Below are positions 40,501 through 56,280 of a DNA stretch of 64,000 bases, one piece after another. Position 1 is the first letter of the stretch. Each line of letters starts with the position of its first letter. Origin of the DNA: an uncultured Verrucomicrobiae bacterium (lineage in GTDB: Bacteria > Verrucomicrobiota > Verrucomicrobiia > Chthoniobacterales > Chthoniobacteraceae); NCBI GenBank assembly GCA_963751395.1, contig CAVVUC010000002.1:1172029-1236028 (forward strand). The letters are read 5' to 3'. Made by a program: the position numbers and the translations under genes. A model generated the notes under the pieces. The model had not been told where the DNA came from, did no database searches, and worked only from the letters and a program-made list of their open reading frames with translations.

Positions 40501-41103
40501 GAGCGCTTCTGCATTCGGGCGGTTGCTCAGCTTTACTTCGGCGATTTGCGATACCTCGCCGCGCCGGAATGCTTCGAGCCTCGGATTCGAGGAGGAGTGT
40601 TCCGCGAGGATTTCATGGCAGGCGTTCCGCAACGCTTCCTGAGTGAGATTCTCCCAGCACAACACAATGTCGCGGCTCGGATCATATTGCGCAGTGCGGG
40701 AACTGACCGGACGCAGAACGAAGCATTCTGGATCGATCATGGCAAACCACGCCGTGTCGAGCCCGATGTATTTCGCCTTGTCCCGAAAAATGGCGCTACG
40801 GCTCTGAGGGTTGAGAAACACTCCATGCTCGTCCTTTACCTCCACCACGAGCCAGCGGACGGGGGAGCCGTCTGGAATGCCACTCGGAGCGAGAACAGCT
40901 AGATCAGGAATGCCGCCAGCCTGATCGGCAGTATCCACGAGCAAGTCAGCGGACCTGTAGCCGAAGACCGTGATGAACAAATCGCGAATGTATGGATATA
41001 GATTCCTTTCCTGGCCTCGGGGACACGCTGTAATCGCCGCAACAATTTCAGCGAATCGCGAGCGACGGCGGTTTCCATTTTGGCGAGGAGGTTGGGCGGG
41101 CAT
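37552..41103 (-). CDS. type IIG/IIL restriction-modification enzyme (MmeI-like): N-terminal PD-(D/E)xK nuclease + gamma-class N6-adenine MTase (NPPY) + C-terminal target-recognition region
   Basis: 1183 aa. A putative N-terminal nuclease motif IPDLAVL...WLVVEVKDE; MTase motif I VLDPTCGVGTFL preceded by HYTPPEVARFIV; motif IV AVAGNPPYVRPE; and a long C-terminal region with no other recognisable motifs, the usual place for the TRD. Confidence 0.7.
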   Translation of the reverse strand: MPAQPPRQNGNRRRSRFAEIVAAITACPRGQERNLYPYIRDLFITVFGYRSADLLVDTADQAGGIPDLAVLAPSGIPDGSPVRWLVVEVKDEHGVFLNPQSRSAIFRDKAKYIGLDTAWFAMIDPECFVLRPVSSRTAQYDPSRDIVLCWENLTQEALRNACHEILAEHSSSNPRLEAFRRGEVSQIAEVKLSNRPNAEALDELTLSEARAEFYLALRSAAGLLNLASQRALETLAQRAREIREMRDAFAVEFEIETFHLDPFQLRGRNVPNREAMKRHREAVAAFRRTVRDNLAAARLGCFTLAEYEARAKGESPEEESRNAVTLLASETSSLLIARCVMLRFFEDHGFFGEKRYLCNGGVAAFQTWRRVFEKGYAWFLRESYGAAAHLAAAFFEEGSLDWVLTCADPHLSTAIERALFYLSRFDFSTVEQDVLSGVYGQFLDNTQRKEYGEHYTPPEVARFIVRHLDLRPGNRVLDPTCGVGTFLIEAWKAMIGDAASRGAATWEEALATLANVRGNDLNAFSATIAQLQILWHLFAFREQLQAQGFPEPTVTGGHDSLHAPQISAGLFAGELNEFALVDTYGYDAVAGNPPYVRPERQTVPLDASAIAYFDEEFSARSNLCNLFLFKALDYWLRPNGGEGRAPGRLGFVLPLSVGDNDDSAKLREFFRPGTGRWTVREIVDLELISPQLFGADVVCMILLAERRPALEGETVRLRVADERCAVFTEGEEVHVRFDLESAPVVELPYADLFSADGRWLTRLTPERKRILDRFVGQTFGDIAQRFFVGKRGARIVRWAREQPTDDADNLRWEQETMIRMGAAFRGQRVTADEGGLPVFKGEHIAAGAIEGEPVETNIDVLRMDDSSVWRFADILPVKGFAFHRIAPALYCAPFDPHELILLNTASLFFPEDRLADFPFDLLVLSRIYQYVWAIAHREAVLFRARANVYVTTVSRLPWTDRLLEFAPQLRTLRTRFLAACQQLHQTEQVLRDRLATFGAASVRECLRGSVDLRVDWCPALQGSEACEIGVPATTELAGQWIVQPGDDVEKWAAFNDRELAAAFVEGLLLHPGESLRLAALLDLPIPPPAALAGWRAIAVQLTGESGASALEEVLDAVDACVAEAYGLPQTELETIWREFEADPMLRRVQPNLPFAKRRRLGLRTGLTATDRFTRAYRTRSQTW

Positions 41104-41514
41104 CGTTTGATGCTGAGTAAGGAATCAAATGGCGACAAGAAAAGAGTCGATTTGCCATGGGTCAATCTTCCGGTCCGCCATTGCTTCGCCCACCCCGCCA
41201 AGTTCCGAAGAATCCTCCGGCTTGCGGGTCGCGCCCGCGCTTGCTTTGCCTGCGTGGTGCCGCTCGCAGGTGGCGAGGGCTTCTTCTCCCGCATCGGAGC
41301 GTGCCCGATGTGGTTGGGCTCTGCCCTGCGCCCAGTTCGCGGGCGTTCATGTTCTGACGCGAAAAGAGTGGTTGAATGGCTTTGTGCCGCCAGGCCGAAT
41401 TTGGGTGCGTGTGCTTCTCGCTGGCGTGATGTATTTTCTGCTCTCGAAAAAACACAGCCAAGGCTGCACACGCTTCTGGAAAGTTGGCGCGCAGATGGCT
41501 ATAGTCCTCGCTGC

Positions 41515-42444
41515 ATGGCAGTCCAATACAAGGATTACTACCAGACACTCGGGGTCGCGAAGACGGCGACTCATGACGAAATCCGAAAAGCGTTCCGCAA
41601 GCTGGCGCGGCAGTATCATCCGGACGTTGCCAAGGACAAGAAATCCGCGGAGGCGAAATTCAAGGAGATCAACGAGGCGTACGAGGTGTTGAGCGACGCC
41701 GACAAGCGGAAGAAATACGACGAGCTTGGCCCGGACTGGCAGCGCGGCGGATCGTATCAGCCGCCGCCCGGATGGCAGGGCTACACCCAGGGCACGCGCG
41801 GCGGAGGCGAGGAGTTTCATTTCGGCGGCACGGGATTCAGCGATTTTTTCGAGGCGATGTTTGGCGGCATGGGCCGGAAGAGTTATGGAGGCGGATTCGA
41901 AAAGACCTTCGGTGCGGGAAAACGCGGGCAGGACATCGAGGCCGATATTTTGGTGACGATCGACGAGGCGCTGCACGGTTCTCGTCGCAAGATTTCGTTC
42001 CGTCGTTCGGAAAGTGCGAAGGTAGAGACTTTCGAAGTGCGGATTCCGCAGGGCGTTCACGAAGGGCAAAAGATCCGGCTGGCAGGGCAGGGGGGAGCCG
42101 GCCTGCGCGGAGGCGCAGCCGGCGATTTGTATCTGCGGGTGCGTTTTGCGAAACATCCCGACTTCCGCGCCGATGGGGTGGATTTGATTCATGACCTGGC
42201 GCTCGCCCCGTGGCAGGCGGTGCTCGGATGCGAGGTTACAGTGCCGACGCTCGAGGGTGCGGCGAAGTTGAAGATTCCGCCGGGCACGCAGGGCGGCCAG
42301 CGTTTCAGACTCAAGGAGCGGGGTCTCAACAAACCCAACAAGACGCGAGGGGATCTTTACGTGGTTGCCAGCATCGAAATTCCAACCTCGCTCAGCAACG
42401 AGGAGATGGAATTGTGGGCCAGGATGGCGGCGCTGCGGCATTAG
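41515..42444 (+). CDS. cbpA: DnaJ-class chaperone lacking the zinc-finger domain (CbpA-like)
   Basis: J domain DYYQTLGVAKTATHDEIRKAFRKLARQYHPDV, a Gly/Phe-rich region and C-terminal DnaJ_C beta domains, with no CxxCxGxG repeats. Confidence 0.8.
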   Translation: MAVQYKDYYQTLGVAKTATHDEIRKAFRKLARQYHPDVAKDKKSAEAKFKEINEAYEVLSDADKRKKYDELGPDWQRGGSYQPPPGWQGYTQGTRGGGEEFHFGGTGFSDFFEAMFGGMGRKSYGGGFEKTFGAGKRGQDIEADILVTIDEALHGSRRKISFRRSESAKVETFEVRIPQGVHEGQKIRLAGQGGAGLRGGAAGDLYLRVRFAKHPDFRADGVDLIHDLALAPWQAVLGCEVTVPTLEGAAKLKIPPGTQGGQRFRLKERGLNKPNKTRGDLYVVASIEIPTSLSNEEMELWARMAALRH

Positions 42445-42531
42445 TTTGGCGATCCCGACAGGGCGGCTTTCAGAGGAAGCGGATCACCTTCGGGATTGAT
42501 GAAATGGAATGGCGTGCAATGATGTGCGCCC

Positions 42532-43665
42532 ATGCAAGTCCCTCTCCTCGATCTCAAGTTGCAATATCAACCGCTCCGAGAACAGATCCGCGCGGTATTC
42601 GACGAACTCGCCGACAGTCAGGCGCTGATTCTGGGGCCGCAGGTCGAGCAGCTCGAACAGTCGGTGGCGGCTTACTGCGGAGCGAATCACGCGATCGGCG
42701 TGTCTTCAGGTACTGACGCCGAACTCGCGATTCTGATGGCGCTTGGGATCGGGCCGGGGGACGAGGTGATCACCACGCCGTACACATTTTTTGCGACAGC
42801 AGGCTGCATCGCCCGCGTCGGCGCGAAGCCGGTCTTCGTCGATATCGATCCGGCGACCTACAACATTTCTCTGCCGCTGTTGAAAGCGGCTTTGGAAAAA
42901 TCGGATCGCGTGAAGGCGATCATCCCGGTGCATCTGTTTGGCTGCTGCGCGGACATGGACGCGATCCTCGCACTCGCTCGCGAATACGGCGTGCCCGTGC
43001 TCGAAGACGCGGCGCAGGCTCTCGGCAGCCAGCATCCGCTCGGCGGCGCGGGTGCGATGGGCGAGTTCGGCTGGTTCTCGTTTTACCCGACGAAAAACCT
43101 CGGCGCTTTCGGCGATGCGGGCATGGTGACTTGCCGGGACGCGGAGATGGCGGGGAAGATCAAGGCGCTCCGCAATCACGGCATGGAGCCGCGGTATTTT
43201 CACAAATGGATCGGAGGCAACTTCCGCATCGACGCGATCCAGGCCGCCGTCTTGAACATCAAGCTGCCGCATCTGGACGCCTGGTCGGCGGCGCGTCGCG
43301 AGCACGCGAATTTTTACCGCGAGGAATTCGCGAGGGTGGAACTGAACGGGACGATTGCGCTGCCGGTCGAGCCTTACGCATTGAGCGGTCTCGCGAATCA
43401 CCACATCTACAACCAGTTCGTGATTCGCGCGCCGCGCCGCGATAAACTGCGCCAGCACTTGCAGAAGCACGGCGTCGGTTCGGAAGTTTACTATCCACTC
43501 GCGCTGCATCTACAGGAGTGCTTTGCGGATCTGGGCGCACGGGAAGGGGATTTCCCCGAGGCGGAGCGGGCGAGCCGGGAAACGCTGGCGCTGCCGATTT
43601 TTCCGGAACTTACGCGCGAGCAGCAGAGCTACGTCGTGGAGACGATCCGCGCGCTTTATCAATAA
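42532..43665 (+). CDS. DegT/DnrJ/EryC1/StrS-family sugar aminotransferase (PLP-dependent)
   Basis: 377 aa. LLDLKLQYQPLREQI..., AIGVSSGTDAE and FSFYPTKNLGAFGDAGMV (PLP-lysine region) are typical of ArnB/WecE/PseC-type enzymes. Confidence 0.85.
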   Translation: MQVPLLDLKLQYQPLREQIRAVFDELADSQALILGPQVEQLEQSVAAYCGANHAIGVSSGTDAELAILMALGIGPGDEVITTPYTFFATAGCIARVGAKPVFVDIDPATYNISLPLLKAALEKSDRVKAIIPVHLFGCCADMDAILALAREYGVPVLEDAAQALGSQHPLGGAGAMGEFGWFSFYPTKNLGAFGDAGMVTCRDAEMAGKIKALRNHGMEPRYFHKWIGGNFRIDAIQAAVLNIKLPHLDAWSAARREHANFYREEFARVELNGTIALPVEPYALSGLANHHIYNQFVIRAPRRDKLRQHLQKHGVGSEVYYPLALHLQECFADLGAREGDFPEAERASRETLALPIFPELTREQQSYVVETIRALYQ

Positions 43666-43713
43666 GGCGTTCGCAGGGTCGCGCTTCCGGGGCGCGTGCG
43701 TTGCCCGGCCGGC

Positions 43714-44325
43714 TTACTCGGCAGCCGTGGTCGCGCCCTCGCCCACCATGTAACGGGTGAAGCGGCGGATGATCATGTTCTCGCCCAGCTCGGCGATCTT
43801 GCTGTTCAGCAGGTCCTTGATCGTTTGATCGGGATTCTTGATGAACGGCTGGTCGAGCAAACAGACGCCGGCGTAGAACTTGTCCACTTTTCCCTCGACG
43901 ATCTTGTCCACGATGTTCGCAGGTTTGCCTTTGACCTGCTCCCGGTAAATCTCGCGTTCCTTTTCCAGTTCGGCTGCGGGAACTTCCTCGCGTGTCACGT
44001 AGAGCGGATGCGCTGCGGCGATGTGAAGCGTGATGTCTTTTACGAACTCGCGGAAAATCTCGTTCTTGGCCACGAAATCGGTTTCGCAATTGACTTCAAC
44101 CAGAACACCGACCTTGCCCTGCAAATGAATGTAGGAGGCGACGACGCCTTCCTTCGTGGCTCTCGTGGATTTCTTCGCCGCTCCTGCAATGCCCTTGGTG
44201 CGGAGAATCGCCTCGGCTTTTTCCAAGTCGCCGCCTGCTTCGCCCAGGGCACGCTTGCAGTCCATCATGCCGGCGTTGGTCTTTTCACGGAGTTGTTTGA
44301 CGAGTTGTGGATTGATTTCGGACAT
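43714..44325 (-). CDS. tsf: translation elongation factor Ts
   Basis: From the internal Met: MSEINPQLVKQLREKTNAGMMDCKRALGEAGGDLEKA (UBA-like N-domain), then the EF-Ts core (about 204 aa, short form). The long-ORF N-extension is implausible. Confidence 0.85.
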   Translation of the reverse strand: MSEINPQLVKQLREKTNAGMMDCKRALGEAGGDLEKAEAILRTKGIAGAAKKSTRATKEGVVASYIHLQGKVGVLVEVNCETDFVAKNEIFREFVKDITLHIAAAHPLYVTREEVPAAELEKEREIYREQVKGKPANIVDKIVEGKVDKFYAGVCLLDQPFIKNPDQTIKDLLNSKIAELGENMIIRRFTRYMVGEGATTAAE

Positions 44326-44334
44326 AGAAAAGTT

Positions 44335-44420
44335 GAGAGGTTGAAGGGTTGAGCTGTTGAGAAAAGATCGGGGCGTCGAATTTAAGAGTTCAACTTCCCA
44401 ACGCCCAACTGGTTTCGAGG
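44335..44420. repeat. heptamer-tandem inverted-repeat hairpin (GTTGAGA/GGTTGAA/GGGTTGA units)
   Basis: gttgagaggttgaagggttgagctgttgag...agttcaacttcccaacgcccaac, between the tsf start and the rpsB stop. Confidence 0.85.
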
Positions 44421-44422
44421 TG

Positions 44423-45154
44423 CTATTCCCCGACGCCTGCGAGTTCTGCTTCCTCGCGCTTCGAACCTTCGCCGCTGGCCGATACGATCGCATCAACCAA
44501 CTTCTGAAGCACGATGCGAATGGCACGAATGGCGTCGTCGTTGCCGGCAATCGGGTAATCGATCAACTCCGGATCGGCGTTCGTGTCAACGATTGCCACC
44601 GTTGGAATGCCGAGCCGTTTCGCCTCGGCGACGGCGATTGATTCACGCTGGGTGTCGATGATGATGAGCGCATCGGGCAGTTTCTGCATCTCGCGGATGC
44701 CTTCGAGATTGCGCTTGAGCTTTTCCCCTTCGCGGCGGATGGCCGCGAGTTCCGACTTGCCCATTTTGCTGTAATCGGGCGACTTCTCGATCTCCTCGAT
44801 GAACTTCATGCGCGCGATGCTCTTGCGGATGGTCGCGAGGTTCGTGAGAGTGCCGCCGAGCCAGCGCTGGTTGACGTAGAACTGTCCACAGGCTGCAGCC
44901 GCTTCCTTGATTGCTTCCTGCGCCTGCTTCTTGCAGCCGACGAAGAGCACCTTGCCGCCGCGCCGGGCGAGATCGCCGAGGAACTGTGTGGCGGCATCGA
45001 GCTGTTTTGCAGTGACTCCGAGGTTGATGATGTAGATCGCGTTGCGTTTCTCAAAAATGTACGGCTTCATTTTTGGATTCCAGCGTTTGGTCTGATGACC
45101 AAAGTGGACTCCAGCCTCGAGAAGTTCCGTCATTGTTTCTGTGGTAGTTGCCAT
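44423..45154 (-). CDS. rpsB: 30S ribosomal protein S2
   Basis: [18 protein letters not shown]...[14 protein letters not shown]...RWLGGTLTN...[29 protein letters not shown]. The start is at M10 or M17 of the long ORF. Confidence 0.9.
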   Translation of the reverse strand: MATTTETMTELLEAGVHFGHQTKRWNPKMKPYIFEKRNAIYIINLGVTAKQLDAATQFLGDLARRGGKVLFVGCKKQAQEAIKEAAAACGQFYVNQRWLGGTLTNLATIRKSIARMKFIEEIEKSPDYSKMGKSELAAIRREGEKLKRNLEGIREMQKLPDALIIIDTQRESIAVAEAKRLGIPTVAIVDTNADPELIDYPIAGNDDAIRAIRIVLQKLVDAIVSASGEGSKREEAELAGVGE

Positions 45155-45244
45155 TGTGTAAAGCGGTGAAAAGAGCCGCACACTATTCGATGTCGGCCCG
45201 GTGAATGCAAGCGTGTTTTAGAGGAATTTTTGAGGGGCGTTTCG

Positions 45245-45793
45245 TCATTCCACCGAACCCTCCGCGTGCGTTTCGATGAAGCGCGCGTAGAGCCAGCAGA
45301 GGTCGGAGAGCCGGTTCAGGTAGCGGATGATTTCCGGGTTCACTCCGCCGGCTTCCTCTCCGAGGCGGACAACCCGCCGTTCTGCGCGCCGGCACACGGT
45401 GCGGGCGACGTCGAGCGCGGCTGCGGAAGCGGTCGCGCCGGGAGTTGCCCAGTGCTTGAAGCTGATCTTGTGATTCTTCTCGAGGTCGTCGATCAAGGCC
45501 GTGAGCCGGTCCACCATCGGGGACGTGACAAATTCAAAGCCGCCTTTGGCATAGCGCCCGCGGTCCTCGTCGAGGACGGCGAGCTCGCCCATCAGAATGA
45601 CCAGTTCCTTTTGGATCGCAAAGACCGGCTCTTCGATGAAGGCATCGCCGACGATGGCGCGCGCGACACCGAGCGCGGAATTCAATTCATCGACCGCGCC
45701 ATACGCCTCCACCCGGACATCCGTCTTGGCAACGCGCCTGTTGTACATCAACGCGGTCGTTCCGTCGTCACCGGTTTTCGTAGCGATTGACAT
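45245..45793 (-). CDS. ATP:cob(I)alamin adenosyltransferase, PduO-type
   Basis: TKTGDDGTTAL...VEAYGAVDELNSALGVA...IQKELVILMGELA is the PduO/MMAB family signature. Confidence 0.8.
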   Translation of the reverse strand: MSIATKTGDDGTTALMYNRRVAKTDVRVEAYGAVDELNSALGVARAIVGDAFIEEPVFAIQKELVILMGELAVLDEDRGRYAKGGFEFVTSPMVDRLTALIDDLEKNHKISFKHWATPGATASAAALDVARTVCRRAERRVVRLGEEAGGVNPEIIRYLNRLSDLCWLYARFIETHAEGSVE

Positions 45794-45800
45794 GGCGGGA

Positions 45801-45871
45801 AATGTTGAGGGGTTGGGAAGGTGAGTAGTTGAGGATTTTTCTCAACGGCTCAACAACTCAACCCCTCAACG
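45801..45871. repeat. heptamer-tandem inverted-repeat hairpin (GTTGAGG family)
   Basis: aatgttgaggggttgggaaggtgagtagttgagga ttttt ctcaacggctcaacaactcaacccctcaacg, between the PduO-type gene start and the rpoC stop. Confidence 0.9.
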
Positions 45872-45876
45872 AATTA

Positions 45877-50017
<4,141 letters not shown>

Positions 50018-50024
50018 AGGACTT

Positions 50025-53861
<3,837 letters not shown>

Positions 53862-54039
53862 AGTATGGCGCTTTGTTGGTTGTTTCTCCGCGAGTTCACG
53901 GGTGTGACTTCGACTGGAGAAAAGGGTTATCCGTTCAACTTGGTCCGTGTTGGATACAGACAAAGAGAACGAAAGCCGCCGCCAGACGCGCTGGCGGCGA
54001 TTTTCGTTCCACTCGACTTTTCAAAAATGGTTCGGTTCA

Positions 54040-54110
54040 GGTTCGCTGATTCCTGCTGAAAATGGGTCTGAACGTCAAACACAAATCGGCGCGCGGCAAG
54101 CGAAATATTT
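54040..54110 (-). terminator. candidate rplL-rpoB intergenic attenuator/terminator hairpin
   Basis: On the minus strand, the GC-rich dyad gcggcggcggcgaaatatttcgcttgccgcgcgcc is followed by a T-rich tract (gatttgtgttt), between the rplL stop and the rpoB start. This is the classic position of the L7/L12-beta attenuator. Confidence 0.35.
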
Positions 54111-54142
54111 CGCCGCCGCCGCGCACGATAGTGTTTGTCGTT

Positions 54143-54526
54143 TTACTTGATTTCGACCTTGGCTCCAGCCGCCTCGATCTTTTTCTTGATCTCTTCGGCT
54201 TCTTCCTTGGTGACGCCTTCCTTGAGCGGCTTGGGCGCGCCTTCGACAAGGGCTTTCGCTTCGGCGAGACCGAGACCGGCCACCGCTGCGCGGACTTCCT
54301 TGATGACGGCGATCTTGTTGCCGCCGGTTTCCTTGAGGATCACGTCAAATGACGTTTTCTCTTCGGCAGCAGGAGCCGCCGCGCCTGCGGGCGCACCGGC
54401 TGCAGCCACGGCCACGGGAGCCGCTGCGCTGACGCCCCACTTTTCTTCGAGGGCTTTGACGAGTTCGGCGACTTCAAGAACGGTCAGGCCGCTGAGTTGT
54501 TCCACTAACGTGTTGGTATCTGCCAT
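54143..54526 (-). CDS. rplL: 50S ribosomal protein L7/L12
   Basis: 127 aa, [32 protein letters not shown]...KVEIK. Confidence 0.95.
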   Translation of the reverse strand: MADTNTLVEQLSGLTVLEVAELVKALEEKWGVSAAAPVAVAAAGAPAGAAAPAAEEKTSFDVILKETGGNKIAVIKEVRAAVAGLGLAEAKALVEGAPKPLKEGVTKEEAEEIKKKIEAAGAKVEIK

Positions 54527-54530
54527 CTGT

Positions 54531-54627
54531 AAATTATGAATTATGAATTATGAGTTATGAATGAAATCCGCCGCGGCATCGCCGCGCAATTTTCACTTCA
54601 TTCTTCATTTTTCATCCTTCATCCTTT
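54531..54627. repeat. heptamer-tandem inverted-repeat hairpin (ATGAATT/ATGAGTT versus TTCATTC/TTCATCC)
   Basis: aattatgaattatgaattatgagttatgaatgaaat, a GC-rich spacer, then tttcacttcattcttcatttttcatccttcatcc. It lies immediately upstream of the rplL start codon. Confidence 0.9.
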
Positions 54628-54749
54628 CTTTTTGCGGTGTCGTCGCACACTGAGGCTTCAGCGCATTTGAGGCGGACAGCCGTCCGCCCGACGAGGAACC
54701 ATTTGTTTGTTGTTAAGTTGGAATCCGCGCACAACGCCCGGATTCCGAT

Positions 54750-54831
54750 CTTACTCCTGCTCCTGATCTTGTTCCTTATCTTCCCGATGTGTGAAGGAGA
54801 TAAAGAGCAAGAGCAGGAGCAGGAGGTAAGA
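54750..54831. repeat. imperfect ~35-bp-stem hairpin built from CTCCTG / GAGCAG hexamer repeats
   Basis: cttactcctgctcctgatcttgttccttatcttc, a 10-nt loop, then gaaggagataaagagcaagagcaggagcaggaggtaag. It lies in the unusually long (310 nt) rplJ-rplL spacer. Confidence 0.8.
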
Positions 54832-54837
54832 AATTGG

Positions 54838-55356
54838 TTATGCGGGCGCGCCCTCCTTCTCGGACTTCGCCTTGAGCACGCGGGCCAAAGCCGACGCGGG
54901 TTCGTTGAGCACGCGGACGAGCTTGCTCGCCGGAGCGTTGAGCACGCCGAGCAGCGTCGCGAGCAGCACTTCGCGCGAGGGAAGGTCGGCGATCGCCTTG
55001 ATCTGCTCGGTGGAGACCACCGCACGATCAATCACGCCGACTTTCATGATCGGCTTTTGAAATTCTGCTGTGAATGTCTTGAGAACTTTCGCGGCGGCGG
55101 CAACGTCCTTTTCGCCCACGACGATCGCCGTCTGGCCTTTTAGTTCGCCAAGTTCCGGAAGTCCGGCTTCCTTGGCTGCGCGGCGAAGGAAGGTGTTTTT
55201 CACGACGTGGCAGCGGGCGCCGACGCCGTGCAGGCGGTTCCGCAGTTCGCCGAACTGAGCGACTTTCAAGCCGGTGTAATCCGCGACGAACAGGAACGGC
55301 GAAGTGTTTAGCTTCGCTTGCAAATCTTCAACGATGGTTGCTTTCTCGGGTCTCAT
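54838..55356 (-). CDS. rplJ: 50S ribosomal protein L10
   Basis: 172 aa, MRPEKATIVEDLQAKLNTSPFLFVADYTGLKVAQFGELR. Confidence 0.9.
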   Translation of the reverse strand: MRPEKATIVEDLQAKLNTSPFLFVADYTGLKVAQFGELRNRLHGVGARCHVVKNTFLRRAAKEAGLPELGELKGQTAIVVGEKDVAAAAKVLKTFTAEFQKPIMKVGVIDRAVVSTEQIKAIADLPSREVLLATLLGVLNAPASKLVRVLNEPASALARVLKAKSEKEGAPA

Positions 55357-55371
55357 TTCAGTTCGGTCCGG

Positions 55372-56073
55372 TTAGATTTTTGAAAATTGCGAGGCGTCAA
55401 TCTTGAGGCTTGGCAGCATGGTCGCGCTCAGCGTCAAGTTTTCGATGAAGGTTCCTTTTGCAGTGGCCGGACGCGCTTTCGCGACCGCCTCGATCACTGC
55501 CGCGCCGTTTTCCTGCAGCGCCTGGGCATCGAATGAAAACTTGCCGACTGGAACGGCGACGTTGCCGTTCTTGTCGAGCTTGAATTCCACGCGTCCCGCT
55601 TTCACTTCCTTCACCGCTTTCGCCGTGTCCTCGGTGACGGTGCCCGTCTTCGGGTTCGGCATCAGGCCGCGCGGGCCGAGCACCTTGCCGAGCTTGCGGA
55701 CCTCCGCCATCGCCGCAGGCGTCGCGATCGCGACATCGAAGTCCTGAAAACCGCCCACGCATTTCTCGATCATGTCCTTGAACCCGACAAACTCCGCGCC
55801 GGCGCCCCTGGCGGCTTCCGCTGCCTGGCCTTCGGCGAAAACGAGCACGCGGACATTCTTGCCCGAGCCGTTCGGAAGCGGGCAGGTGCCGCGCACCATT
55901 TGATCCGATTGCTTCGGGTCAACGCCGAGCCGGAACGAGAGGGTGACCGTCTGGTCGAACTTCGTTGCGGGAAGGGATTTCAACACGCCGACGGCTTCGT
56001 CGAGCGAGTAAGCCTTGTGAGCATCCACCTTTTCAGCGGCGGAGCGGTAACGTTTGCTGCGATTTTGTTGCAT
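55372..56073 (-). CDS. rplA: 50S ribosomal protein L1
   Basis: 233 aa with [41 protein letters not shown] and VEFK.DK.G.V.VPVGK, L1-family motifs. Confidence 0.9.
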   Translation of the reverse strand: MQQNRSKRYRSAAEKVDAHKAYSLDEAVGVLKSLPATKFDQTVTLSFRLGVDPKQSDQMVRGTCPLPNGSGKNVRVLVFAEGQAAEAARGAGAEFVGFKDMIEKCVGGFQDFDVAIATPAAMAEVRKLGKVLGPRGLMPNPKTGTVTEDTAKAVKEVKAGRVEFKLDKNGNVAVPVGKFSFDAQALQENGAAVIEAVAKARPATAKGTFIENLTLSATMLPSLKIDASQFSKI

Positions 56074-56280
56074 GAGATGTTGCAGTTCAAGCGAGCGGTC
56101 AGCTCTCCTGCGGTTAAATTTTCAGCGCTTCCAGCCACCGGGCCGGACACGCGGGAGTGCAGAGATTAGTCAGTCGCCGCTGCCCGTCAATGGATTTTTT
56201 CGGGAAAATTTCCCGGCAACCCGCCCGGTGAAACCGCCGCGGATCGCTCGCGCCGGCTTTCTCCGAAAAAAGCCCGTTTC

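Noticed and set aside
37552-41103. The large NPPY methyltransferase considered as BREX PglX
   Set aside because: No brxA/B/C, pglZ or brxL are in the flanks, and a putative N-terminal PD-ExK-like motif fits MmeI-type type IIG enzymes better. It is kept as an alternative in the finding.
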